Assembly (NCBI GenBank): GCA_965248435.1
Contig: OZ252100.1
Span: forward strand, 2,528,001 to 2,592,000
Source: Candidatus Latescibacterota bacterium
GTDB lineage: Bacteria > Latescibacterota > UBA2968 > GCA-2709665
DNA: 64,000 bases
Direction: 5' to 3'
How positions within the stretch are numbered: position 1 is the stretch's first letter; every line of letters starts with the position of its first letter. The translations under genes and the position numbers were made by a program. Positions 50,913 to 59,781 of this stretch are shown here, one piece after another. The notes beneath the pieces were generated by a model that ran no database searches, was not told where the DNA came from, and worked only from the letters and a program-made list of their open reading frames with translations.

Positions 50913-52505
50913 CTACCTAAATCGAAAACCGTAGAGGTCCGCGTCCTGTACCGAGATGTAGAGGCGCACCGTCTTGCCTCGCAGCGACTCGAATTCGGAA
51001 TCCTTGAACTTCACATCGTACTCGATGCTGTTCGCGTGCACCGGCTCGCAATCGTCGAAATGGAATCCCTCTTCCAGGTGCGTCTGGCCCCACCGGTCCT
51101 CGACCATCCAGTGCGGGAGCTTTGCTTTGAACTTCCACGCGCCATCCCTGTGCTCGATCACCTTGTCGATCCCGACGGCCACCTTCACCTCGCCGCGGCT
51201 GGCATCCACGTTCAGTTGCAGCGTCTTCCCCGTCACTTCGATCGGTTGCGTGATGAGGATCTGATGCCGGTTGCCTGCCGTGAGGCTGGCGTAGCGATTG
51301 TGCTTCTGCACGTACAACGCCCCTTGTATCACTGTGATACGATCGCGATAGTAGCGCCTCGCCGACAGGTGGTCTCCGTTGTAGGCGGAGCAGTAGAACC
51401 AGTCCTCATCTCCCATACGCAGCGGCGGACAGTCCAGCCTGACGTAGCGATCGTAGCTATCCTCCTCTGTGCCGTGGGGGATCCAGGCCTCGCGGCTGAC
51501 GGTCCGGTCCCACGTGCGGCCCCCGTCCCAACTCGTGACGATCCGGACGTCCTGCGGGCCCTTGCCCGTGTTCGTACCGATGAGCCCGCAATCTTGATTG
51601 CTCGGGTGCGTGTCATCGCCGTGGAACCAGAGGGCGAAGCCCACGACGAATCCTTCGATGTGGATGGCCATGAGCCCGTAGACTTCGTCGAATGACCGTG
51701 GGTCTGTGGAATCGTGTGCGTCCGGATACAGGAAATGCTCCAGCGTCCAGTTCTGAAGATCCGGGGACGCGTAGCGTCCGGCGCAGCGAACGGGCGGATG
51801 GTTTGGGGCCTGGCGCATCGCCACCCACTCCTCGTGAAGGTCGTCCCAGAATTCCAGGGTGTTGTAGTGGCTGGGTTGGAAGCCGCCGGAGTCCACCAGT
51901 TTCTCCCGCCAGTCCGGATCGTTCATGAAATCCGGCGGCTCGCTGGCAAAACAGACCGGCGCGGGGTTCCCACGGTAGTGGAGCGTAAAGCGCTTGGCCG
52001 GGTCGCGAACATTGCCGTAGAGCCTCAGATCCCGCGGCTGGTTGCATGGCACGAGGTTGTTCAGGTTCGACTTGCCCCTACCGAATCGATAAGGAGGGCA
52101 CGTGTCACCGTCGATCTCCGACGGGCCCTCGACGAGTTTCAAAACAGGTTTCTCCCAGTGGACGCCATCCTCGCTCACAGCGTACGCGGTATGGTTCCTG
52201 AAGTCCGGGTGCTCGTACCTCGGGGGACCCTGCGCTGCCGGCTCTGTAATCCACCAGTGCGCCCGGTAATAACACTCCAGCATGCCATCCTTGCGCCGGC
52301 CGACGTAGACCGGCGTGTTCCCCTCAGTCTCCCACGGCTTGTCGGCCCGCAACACCACGCCGCGGGGCTGGGGGGGATGGACCACCCGTCGAAAGCCCGT
52401 GCTGCGGGTGATGCTGTGATCATCCAGGAACAAATGCCAGTAAGGTTCCCGCGGCTCGGTCTGGTTTGGCACCGGCGAAATCGGCGCCCCATCGGTCACT
52501 TTCAT
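50913..52505 (-). CDS. hypothetical protein, probable beta-propeller glycoside hydrolase-like fold
   Basis: HLFLDD, KPWE, Asp-box-like SEDGVHW, SPDLQNW, SWDGGRTW; C-terminal LQLNVDA...GKTVRL..DADLYGF module. Confidence 0.65.
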   Translation of the reverse strand: MKVTDGAPISPVPNQTEPREPYWHLFLDDHSITRSTGFRRVVHPPQPRGVVLRADKPWETEGNTPVYVGRRKDGMLECYYRAHWWITEPAAQGPPRYEHPDFRNHTAYAVSEDGVHWEKPVLKLVEGPSEIDGDTCPPYRFGRGKSNLNNLVPCNQPRDLRLYGNVRDPAKRFTLHYRGNPAPVCFASEPPDFMNDPDWREKLVDSGGFQPSHYNTLEFWDDLHEEWVAMRQAPNHPPVRCAGRYASPDLQNWTLEHFLYPDAHDSTDPRSFDEVYGLMAIHIEGFVVGFALWFHGDDTHPSNQDCGLIGTNTGKGPQDVRIVTSWDGGRTWDRTVSREAWIPHGTEEDSYDRYVRLDCPPLRMGDEDWFYCSAYNGDHLSARRYYRDRITVIQGALYVQKHNRYASLTAGNRHQILITQPIEVTGKTLQLNVDASRGEVKVAVGIDKVIEHRDGAWKFKAKLPHWMVEDRWGQTHLEEGFHFDDCEPVHANSIEYDVKFKDSEFESLRGKTVRLYISVQDADLYGFRFR

Positions 52506-52746
52506 GATTCCTCCTCATACCGGATGATAATCTTCCCCGATTCGGCCAGATTCCCGAACGCGCCTCCGTTCACCGCCGCTGCCAGCGCGGCGCCATAGCG
52601 AGCTCTCGCTCAGCCCGTGGGGTCACCTCGCAGTCGTTCGGAGCGGAATGAGAGGCCACGACTTCGCCCGTCGACACATCCACTACAACGGCGGTGGTCG
52701 TCGTTCTACCTACGTCGAGTCCCAGGAACTTTGGCGTTGGACTCAA
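52502..52746 (-). pseudogene. FGGY-family sugar kinase remnant with most of the interior deleted
   Basis: N-terminus FLGLDVGRTTTTAVVVD..GEVVA joined near 52600, out of frame, to C-terminus YGAALAAAVNGGAFGNL...EEES*, whose stop overlaps the next ATG. Confidence 0.72.
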
Positions 52747-52887
52747 TATAGCAAGCAATCCAGGCACAGAAAAAGGCTTACGCGATCGCCAGCGCAAGCC
52801 CTTTGATTTGGTCTATCGAGGCGGCGTAATTAGAACCACGCTGCCCCTGCACTCCAATCCAGAGGTGCCGACCTACACCCTACTCCT

Positions 52888-53478
52888 CTAATCTATCTGA
52901 CCTGACGCAAACGCATACGAAGCCTGCACGATCCTCCAGATAACCCCCAATTCGGTCGCGTCCCTGGGTCCAAAAACCAGAACATAGGTCGAGCCGGGGC
53001 CTGCGATCTGCTGGGTGTTTGCGTGAGGCTCGCCCCAGCGTTTCCCGATTACGACGTCTGCATAGGCAGCCGGGAGAAACAGGTGCAGGCTTCCGTCTTC
53101 CGGCCGATGCGAATGTCCAAATTCTCCGATCTGGTTTATCGCCCGGGGCGGCCCCGTTCTCGCCACGTCGGGGTCGATAAACCATCCTTCGGAGCCAGCC
53201 AGCGACGTACCTGTAGACGCAATCGTAATTCCGGGCAGTCCACGGATAGAGTCCTTGAGCGCGTTCTGCAGCGAAACCGGCGCGTTCTGATCGAGCTGCT
53301 GGTGAGGAACGGGCCTCGAGGTCGTCGGCAGGAGTCCCTGCCTGATGGACAGGGCAAGAAAAGCTTCGTCTACTTCCGTTGCCTGGATGTCGGCCGTCGT
53401 CGCTGTGGGTGAATCATCGCCTGAACAGGCAGTCAGGACGATAAATCCGGCCAGAAGTCGTAGCATTCCGCGATTCAC
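52888..53478 (-). CDS. lipoprotein with DUF5519/luciferase-like domain
   Basis: Lipobox LTAC; EFGHSH..DGSLHLFLP, WGEPH, LVFGPRD..E. Confidence 0.7.
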   Translation of the reverse strand: MNRGMLRLLAGFIVLTACSGDDSPTATTADIQATEVDEAFLALSIRQGLLPTTSRPVPHQQLDQNAPVSLQNALKDSIRGLPGITIASTGTSLAGSEGWFIDPDVARTGPPRAINQIGEFGHSHRPEDGSLHLFLPAAYADVVIGKRWGEPHANTQQIAGPGSTYVLVFGPRDATELGVIWRIVQASYAFASGQID

Positions 53479-53620
53479 GTCATTCTCCCCCTTAGTAGGT
53501 CTGTAGGTATGAGCCCGCCGAAGCGATATCCGACAGAAAAATAGCAAATTCGAGGATCGAAGGGAAGAGATCGGTCTGAACTTTCAGCGAAGGCCATCAG
53601 GGCCGCGGTGTGCGACTCCC

Positions 53621-53893
53621 TTGCAACTTGCCGCTTTCCTCCTCCCAGGGGTGGGGGCAACCTTCAAGGAAGCAGATCTCTCCGAGGCAAGTCTGTCAGA
53701 AGCGGAGATGACTCGCGCCTATCTTTTGGACGCCGTCACGAAGGACGTGGATCTATCCGGCGCGGATCTCGAACGCGTCGAAGCTCTTGTCCTTCAGCAA
53801 CTGTTTGAAGCGCGGTCACTCAAAGGCGCTTCAGGACTGGATCCCAGGCTTATGGACGAGATTCGACAACGCCGCCCCGATCTGCTCAGGTAA
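53621..53893 (+). pseudogene. pentapeptide-repeat protein C-terminal fragment
   Basis: ATFKEADLSEASLSEAEMTRAYL...DLSGADL; no convincing start. Confidence 0.5.
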
Positions 53894-53942
53894 GCCAGCC
53901 GCCGTGGTTTCAAGACTGGGTCTCTAACCAGGGAGAAGCCAA

Positions 53943-53982
53943 CATTAAAGAATATTAATGTTGGCTTAACGTTGTTTTAATC
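53943..53982 (+). promoter_or_regulatory. four TTAA half-sites at 10-11 bp period (OmpR/PhoB-type operator candidate)
   Basis: TTAA at 53945, 53955, 53966 and 53977 in an AT-rich patch upstream of the PepSY gene. Confidence 0.5.
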
Positions 53983-54043
53983 TTCCACTGTGATATTTAA
54001 GAGCAATCTTCTATCCTTAGCTACCTCATTCCTGGAGGTTGAT

Positions 54044-54373
54044 ATGTTCCGGAAAGTCAAGGACGGTGCAGCTATAGCAACGGTGATTGCTCTTGCCGGA
54101 CTGTTTACTGCGTGCGGTCAATCGCCAACCAGTTCATTGGTTGCGGGAAAACAGGCGGGGGGCATCACTGCGGATGAGGCCAAAGCGATCGCGGCTGAAC
54201 ACGCGGGAGGAACGGCACTCGCGGTTAATCAGGAGGATGAAGACGGGACGCCGGTGTTCGAGGTTAAGGTTCTCGTTCACATTCCCAACGTGATCCACGT
54301 CCTCAAGGAAGTAGAGGTCAGAATTTCGGACGGCGTCGTCCTGGAAATGGAGGATGCCGACCACGACGACTAG
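54044..54373 (+). CDS. PepSY domain lipoprotein
   Basis: Lipobox FTAC; ITADEAKAIA...EDEDGTPVFEV...EVRISDGVVL; RBS ggagg. Confidence 0.8.
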   Translation: MFRKVKDGAAIATVIALAGLFTACGQSPTSSLVAGKQAGGITADEAKAIAAEHAGGTALAVNQEDEDGTPVFEVKVLVHIPNVIHVLKEVEVRISDGVVLEMEDADHDD

Positions 54374-54399
54374 TCCGTAAGGCCGTGGCTGAATACCTG

Positions 54400-54430
54400 A
54401 GCGCCAGACTCGCGAGTCTGGCGCTTTTTT
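54400..54430 (+). terminator. intrinsic terminator
   Basis: agcgccagact-cgcg-agtctggcgct followed by a T-run. Confidence 0.85.
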
Positions 54431-54467
54431 GTGTAACGATTTTGTTTTGTCGGGACGGCGAATTTGG

Positions 54468-55073
54468 TCAGCGTAGGCGAAGCACCAGCACCCAGGCAAT
54501 GAAATCGGTCTTATCAGTTTCTCCGAAGCGTGTCCGGCTTACGGAATGGACCTCGAAGCGTGGCTCGCACGCGCCCACAAGCTCGGCGAAAGTGAGCCGA
54601 GGATAACCCCGGGGGTCTGGGCCGCCGTCCGGGTCGCGATTGTCTGCGCTCGCTGTGATGTCCAGCCACCAGCCCCTTGGCGAGAGCGAGGATGCAACGC
54701 GCTCCGCGAACTTGGTGCGCTCCGATTCGTCTTTGGCGTTGGCGAGCACGCTTCGGTCCAGCGCGAGATCGTAAGGGCCCCCCGGATCGTCGCGAAGGAA
54801 GTCCTCGACTGAGAACTCCGCATCCAGGCCGCGGCGGGCCGCTTCAGCACGCGCGGTTTCAACCGCTGTCTCCACGATATCGATCCCTCGAACATTGAAG
54901 CCGGCCTCCGCGAGATAAAGCGCCTGCGTACCCACGCCGCAGCCCACGTCCAGGACGCGCCCACCGTTGGGCAGCAGGTCCCTCACGATTCCCTCGAGCG
55001 GCGCCCACGGCTTTCCCTCCTCCCACGGTGTGTCGCCCTGTCGGTACAACTCGTGCCAGTCGCGCGAACTCAT
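54468..55073 (-). CDS. class I SAM-dependent methyltransferase (TPMT-like)
   Basis: WHELY..GDTPW, VLDVGCGVG, GIDI, YDLALDR. Confidence 0.88.
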   Translation of the reverse strand: MSSRDWHELYRQGDTPWEEGKPWAPLEGIVRDLLPNGGRVLDVGCGVGTQALYLAEAGFNVRGIDIVETAVETARAEAARRGLDAEFSVEDFLRDDPGGPYDLALDRSVLANAKDESERTKFAERVASSLSPRGWWLDITASADNRDPDGGPDPRGYPRLTFAELVGACEPRFEVHSVSRTRFGETDKTDFIAWVLVLRLR

Positions 55074-55085
55074 AGAGATACCTGC

Positions 55086-55409
55086 CTACGACCCGAGAAT
55101 AGACACATTCTGTGCGCCTTTGGCGTAGATAAGGACCGCGGAAGACCCCCTTATGGCCTCAGCAAGGTGGGGCACGTCGTCGTAGTCGGTCCTGTCGGTG
55201 CTGCCCCACAGCGTGGCGCCGGCTTCCAGCTGCAGCGTAACGTGGTCTTTGAGGCGAATCGTCCCCGTGAGATAATCTCCCGAAGGCACCACGACCGTAC
55301 CCCCGCCCGCCTGATGGCAGTCGTCGACGGCCTGTTGGATGGCGCTCTTATCGTTGGCCTGCTTGTCCCCTTTCGCACCGTAACTTCGAACGCTCCAACC
55401 AGTCTCCAA
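55086..55409 (-). pseudogene. N-terminal fragment of a GH28/pectate-lyase-like beta-helix protein
   Basis: VRSYGAKGD, AIQQAVD, GGGTVVVPSGDYLTGTIRLK, NVSILGS then stop at 107 aa; full members are much longer. Confidence 0.75.
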
Positions 55410-55459
55410 TGCTCGCTCCTTTTCTTATGCATTCATTCGCAGCATCTTCCAAAAATCAT

Positions 55460-56521
55460 TCATCTGCCAAGTTGCTCGAGCATCCACGGAATAGACTTCC
55501 TGCCATTGAACATGTGTCCCCCCTTGTAGCGATGAAGTCGCAAACGTTTTTCGACACCCAGAAAGCCATATGCCTTTTTCGTCAATGAATAGGCCGGCTC
55601 GTGTGGGTAGCGCGCATCGCTCACTCCGGATTCCACGAACTGAGGGCGGGGCGCAATGAGTGCGGAAAGATCGGGAAGATCACAGACGAGGCCGATACCA
55701 AAGGGATGATGACAAATACAATGGCCGTGCCACGCAGTCTGAAGGAAAGTCGTGAAGAAGCCGCTGAGGATAACCGCCTTGATTCGCCTGTCGAGAGCCG
55801 TGAGAACCTGAGACAGCCAGCACCCGCCAGATAACCCCGCACAACCGATGCGCCCTGCATCGACTTCGGGACGTTGGGCCAGAAGATTGATGCCTGCCAT
55901 CAGCTCAAACACGCGGAAACCGGTCAAGTCAAGTCCCATCTGATTCAACCTCGCCCACGTCAGGAAACACCCTGAGACGGGTAGATGTCCTTTCTGATTC
56001 TTTCCGAGACCGCGTTCACCCATCCCCGCATTGTCCGGTGCGAGAGCAACCAGACCGCGCCTGGCGAATTCATGCGCATAGGCCACACCCTTCGGGCGGG
56101 CTATGCCCACCACATTCTCTTTGGCGCCTTCAACGTGGCCGTGAGGACAGATCACAGCAGGTCCTTGCTCCCTGCCATCGGGGATCAGCAGATATGCGCT
56201 CACCCAATCGCCCGGCAAGACCTCGTAGGCCAGCTTCTCGCGCCGATAGCCTTCGCATTGCACGGTTTCCAGCACAAGCGATGTTGGCGTTGGTACGGTG
56301 CCGAGGCGATCCAGGCATAGCGTCCTGCGCAAGGCGCGACGCAGCTTCCTGCGCCAGCGTTGCCATTGACCCGCATCTGAAGTCTCCGGATAGGCGAGTT
56401 TCCGATCAAACCTGAAGAATCTCTGGTTCAGATATGATGGTGTACTGGGATCTTCCGGACCCGTTGACCGTTCGGGATCGACCAGTCTCGAACCTGTTTG
56501 CGTTACTCTCCGAATAATCAC
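55460..56521 (-). CDS. alpha/beta hydrolase (dienelactone hydrolase-like); true start probably downstream of 56521
   Basis: PAVICPHGH, PDNAGMGER, nucleophile GLSGG, LIAPRP, GGHMF. Confidence 0.85.
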   Translation of the reverse strand: MIIRRVTQTGSRLVDPERSTGPEDPSTPSYLNQRFFRFDRKLAYPETSDAGQWQRWRRKLRRALRRTLCLDRLGTVPTPTSLVLETVQCEGYRREKLAYEVLPGDWVSAYLLIPDGREQGPAVICPHGHVEGAKENVVGIARPKGVAYAHEFARRGLVALAPDNAGMGERGLGKNQKGHLPVSGCFLTWARLNQMGLDLTGFRVFELMAGINLLAQRPEVDAGRIGCAGLSGGCWLSQVLTALDRRIKAVILSGFFTTFLQTAWHGHCICHHPFGIGLVCDLPDLSALIAPRPQFVESGVSDARYPHEPAYSLTKKAYGFLGVEKRLRLHRYKGGHMFNGRKSIPWMLEQLGR

Positions 56522-56522
56522 C

Positions 56523-56623
56523 CCTATAGCCCGGTGAACTGTGTGGGCGGAACCTATTGTACTGCCGTCGCCACACCTCGGTCAACACCTTTGCCTCCGC
56601 AGCGTCGTGAAGAATTCACCGTC
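56523..56623 (-). mobile_element. IS3-family transposase C-terminal remnant
   Basis: GEFFTTL / EAKVLTEVWRRQYNRFRPHSSPGYR with a frameshift; matches the YNxxRPHSSLGY integrase-core tail. Confidence 0.75.
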
Positions 56624-56678
56624 ACTGATAAATAGGCAGAAAGTAGGTTCTTGTTAGCACGCGGCTAGCAATCACGAA

Positions 56679-56713
56679 ACAACGGGTTACAGCAATTGCC
56701 TGTAACCCGTTGT
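56679..56713 (-). terminator. hairpin just downstream of the tRNA 3' fragment
   Basis: acaacgggttacag-caattgc-ctgtaacccgttgt perfect 14-bp stem. Confidence 0.65.
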
Positions 56714-56719
56714 CATTTT

Positions 56720-56760
56720 TGGTCGGGGCGGCGGGATTTGAACCCACGACCCCCTGCTCC
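56720..56760 (-). tRNA. 3' half of a tRNA-Pro gene (att-like fragment, not a full tRNA)
   Basis: Minus strand GGAGCAGGGGGTCGTGGGTTCAAATCCCGCCGCCCCGACCA: anticodon 3' stem, T-arm GTTCAAATC, acceptor 3' strand ending GACCA; upstream sequence gives no D-arm or 5' acceptor strand. Confidence 0.85.
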
Positions 56761-56771
56761 TAAATAGGAGG

Positions 56772-57431
56772 TCAGTTTGCCAAAAGGCTCCTAAACTCAG
56801 ATGGGCTGGCAGACTGCCTCACCCTGAGCCACTCAAGACTTGGCAGGGACAGATCGATATGACATAGCCTACTTCGCCGCAAGGGGCGAAACCAGAACGC
56901 GATTGTAGGCTGCACTGGTGGCAATAGAACGCCATCCCCTTGGGTCAAACTTCGCACGAGCATGCCCATCGGATAACGAAACCGGCCTACCATCCACCGG
57001 CAAATCGGGTTGGCAGCTTTCAGATGCGCCACTTCGTATCGCACCAGATCCACGACCCACGGCGGCTCAATACCCTCTCCAAGAACGACGTGTTTAACAA
57101 AGGCACAGAAAGCAAAAGCATCCTCTTGGTGTTTCTTCATCCCCTTCGGAACATAGGTAACGGCATATCGCCAGAAAAGCTTTACAAACCCCTCACCCAA
57201 CACGCGATGCGTGAGCGGCAGCAGTTTACAGACTTCGTTCAGCCGTTTCCGCCGCAGGGAATTAGCGAAGAAATTGACCTGCGGCGCGGCCAGTTGAGCA
57301 AGCTGCTGTTCCTCATCAGAACTCAGTTCTAAAGCGCGGCCTACCGCTTGAGGATCGGCAAAGAAACGATCTCGAAAGGAAGCATCCGTATAAAGCTTGG
57401 TCATGACTCGCTGTATCTGCGCTAACCCCAT
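56772..57431 (-). CDS. putative MNIO partner protein
   Basis: LYTDASFRDRFFADP, LRRKRLNEV..LLPLT..LG, WVVDLVRYE resemble DUF692-adjacent partner proteins; ATG overlaps the corrected DUF692 stop. Confidence 0.65.
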   Translation of the reverse strand: MGLAQIQRVMTKLYTDASFRDRFFADPQAVGRALELSSDEEQQLAQLAAPQVNFFANSLRRKRLNEVCKLLPLTHRVLGEGFVKLFWRYAVTYVPKGMKKHQEDAFAFCAFVKHVVLGEGIEPPWVVDLVRYEVAHLKAANPICRWMVGRFRYPMGMLVRSLTQGDGVLLPPVQPTIAFWFRPLRRSRLCHIDLSLPSLEWLRVRQSASPSEFRSLLAN

Positions 57432-58263
57432 CGTTCGTGCGCCTTCCCTATGCAGCGCGCCATTTCCAATTCCTTCAGCAATTCTTCAAACGGCGGCAGG
57501 TTCTCATCCCGCTCCAGCACGACCCCTTTCACAGGCGTGGTGGCAACGACCGCATCCATCAGTGTCCACGCCTCGGACGGTGCCGCTGCGAATGGCTATC
57601 AACGAGCACACCTTCATGCCAATGCCCTCCTGCGAAATGAAGCTGCACGATGCGCTCCAATGGCAATTGCTCCAGAAAGATAGAAGGGTCATAGCCGTGG
57701 TTGACAGCGTTGGTGTGCAGGTTCGTGACGTCTAACAACAGGCCGCAATCTGTCTGCTGCAGCACTTCATTCAAAAACTGCGATTCGCTCATCTCTCCGC
57801 CAGGCATGTTCACCACGTAGGTGATATTCTCTAAAATCAGTGGTTTCTCAATCCGATTTCGCACTTGTGCGATGTTGCGACAGAGTACCTTAACCGCCTC
57901 GCGCGTAAAAGGAAGCTGAGAGAGATGCCCGATGTCGATCCCGCCTGCCCTGGTAAAGGCGATGTGTTCGCTCCACCAAGGGGGGTTTAGACGCCGAACA
58001 AGCCCCGCCAGCTTGTCCAGGTATTCGTTATCTACTCCCTCGGCGCTTCCCAGGGATAGATTAATGGAGTGTGGAATGAGAGTGAAATGCTCTGCGAGCA
58101 AATCCAGCTCTTGCTCTTTCTCAGGCGGTGCGTCGATGTAGTGATCAGCCGTAATTTCGAGAAAATCAACCTCCGGCCGGTGTAAAAAAAGGTCGCTTCG
58201 GAACGGTTCCCTAAATCCCAGCCCTACACCTAGTGTCGGCAGATGTGAAAGTAGATCTTTCAT
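57422..58263 (-). CDS. DUF692 multinuclear non-heme iron oxidative enzyme (MNIO), 1-nt frameshift near 57585
   Basis: GVGLGFR, FLEI, PHSINLSLGS, SEHIAF, LENI, LLLDVTNL, LHFAGG, DSHS; the shifted frame continues PSEAWTL...VVLERDENLPP...RWG*. Confidence 0.9.
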
Positions 58264-58267
58264 GTTC

Positions 58268-59152
58268 TCACCCTCCTCCACAGCCGCCACAGCCGCCTCC
58301 ACACGATCCTTCACTCCCTGTGGACTTGTGAAACATTCTTTGGTAGTACTCGTAGGGAGTTCCAGCAAGCACTCCGACGCCGAAGAGCCCTAGAGTCAGC
58401 AACAGGGTCGGACCCGCTGCAGTTTTGGTGGCCGCAAGAGCCCTCTCTTTCAGCCCTTCGAACGCCAACTGGAGCTTTTGCAAATAAGCCCGTCCTCTAC
58501 TGCTGAGACGGGGCGTCTCGCAGATACTGAACAGAATTCCAAGCGAAAAAAGACCCAAAAGGACGAGGCCTAATTTGGACTGACCCTTCATTAAAGCGAA
58601 TAACAGCTTGTATCCCCCCAGGCCCACGATGACGATCGCGCCTTTAAGCCTTATCTGCTGAGCCGCTTCCTGCACTTCGGCAGGCATCAGCAGTTGCTCC
58701 TCTTCAAGTCTCTGGTCGAAGGACGCGTAGTGATACTTGATTTCGGATGGCAGCTCTGATTGGAAAATCTCCTCCGAAGCAAGACGGTTGTGGAACCAAT
58801 CGAAAACTTCGCGCTCCATTTGAGACAGATGGCGAGTGTGAGGATGGTCTGGGACCTGTTCTATTCGCTCATTCGACTCCTCCGTCACACGTAGGTAGCC
58901 TCGTTGAAGCAGGTTGAAGATAGCGACTCGTGCCACCTCACTCTCTTCGCCACGCAAATAGGCAGTTTCGTAGGGATTCGGGGTCCTAGTGGGAACTTTC
59001 AGCGGAGGCAGCGACGCCGTTGGGTCAGACTGGCGTAACCTCCACCAACAGGCCGCCAGCGTGAAAACGATGACGATCGCGTAAAAGAAGAAAAAGTGAG
59101 GCCCATACATATCGGCAATAGGGTTTTGCATAAGCCAATCCACTATCATCAC
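58268..59152 (-). CDS. TIGR04222-like membrane protein with Gly/Cys-rich C-terminal tail
   Basis: MYGPHFFFFY, PYETAYLRG, GGYKL, LSSRGRAYL, three to four hydrophobic segments, tail STGSEGSCGGGCGGCGGG. Confidence 0.85.
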   Translation of the reverse strand: MMIVDWLMQNPIADMYGPHFFFFYAIVIVFTLAACWWRLRQSDPTASLPPLKVPTRTPNPYETAYLRGEESEVARVAIFNLLQRGYLRVTEESNERIEQVPDHPHTRHLSQMEREVFDWFHNRLASEEIFQSELPSEIKYHYASFDQRLEEEQLLMPAEVQEAAQQIRLKGAIVIVGLGGYKLLFALMKGQSKLGLVLLGLFSLGILFSICETPRLSSRGRAYLQKLQLAFEGLKERALAATKTAAGPTLLLTLGLFGVGVLAGTPYEYYQRMFHKSTGSEGSCGGGCGGCGGG

Positions 59153-59262
59153 CTCCTAGAGCCGGTCAAAAATGCTGGCCGCTTGTCCAACTGTTGACAT
59201 TAAAGCATTGTAGTGAGCTCTGCAGCGTCAGGCGTGTGATCTCCTGACTTCAGGGTCTTGGA

Positions 59263-59781
59263 TTAACCCAGGGGCCATGGTAGTAGTATGATTCCTGCGG
59301 GCCAATCGAGTGAGAGAATGACCGAGATAAGAAGGATGAAGTTAAACCCCATCAGACCCGCGGCGGCGGCTAGTATCCAATCGGTTTTGACGACATAGCG
59401 GTAAAAAAGGGCAATGAAGATCGCTATGCTCAGGGGATAACCAACGAGCCATATTCCTAAGTAGAGGAGAGAACCATAAATACCCACCTCTCTCATGCGT
59501 ATGTTCCTTGTGTGTCCATCCTCCTCCGTCTTTCCTACATCGGAAACCTTTAATTCCGAATCTCCTCTGTCATCTACATTGGCCTCTTGTTTCACCCTAC
59601 TGAAAGACACTACCTCCAACCCAAGATGAACGCACGCTAGAAGGAGAAACGTAAGGCTTACAAACAAAGGGAAGATCTTTGCCAGATATGAATAGGAAAC
59701 GGCCTCCCCTGCCCCGTATCCAAACCCCAGCGCAACCAGCCCTGCAAAAAGGACCTTCATATTGAATATTTTAGTCTGCAA
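59263..59781 (-). CDS. tctB: tripartite tricarboxylate transporter TctB-like subunit
   Basis: Small multi-pass membrane protein (IFPL, LDWPAG) directly after tctA. Confidence 0.7.
   Translation of the reverse strand: MQTKIFNMKVLFAGLVALGFGYGAGEAVSYSYLAKIFPLFVSLTFLLLACVHLGLEVVSFSRVKQEANVDDRGDSELKVSDVGKTEEDGHTRNIRMREVGIYGSLLYLGIWLVGYPLSIAIFIALFYRYVVKTDWILAAAAGLMGFNFILLISVILSLDWPAGIILLPWPLG

Noticed and set aside
56720-56800. Complete functional tRNA-Pro
   Set aside because: No D-arm or 5' acceptor strand; similarity stops in the anticodon loop and a CDS stop lies 11 nt further on.
58263-58368. N-terminal extension of DUF692 given in the ORF track
   Set aside because: It overlaps the tail of the upstream gene; ATG 58263 has a strong RBS and starts the recognisable domain.
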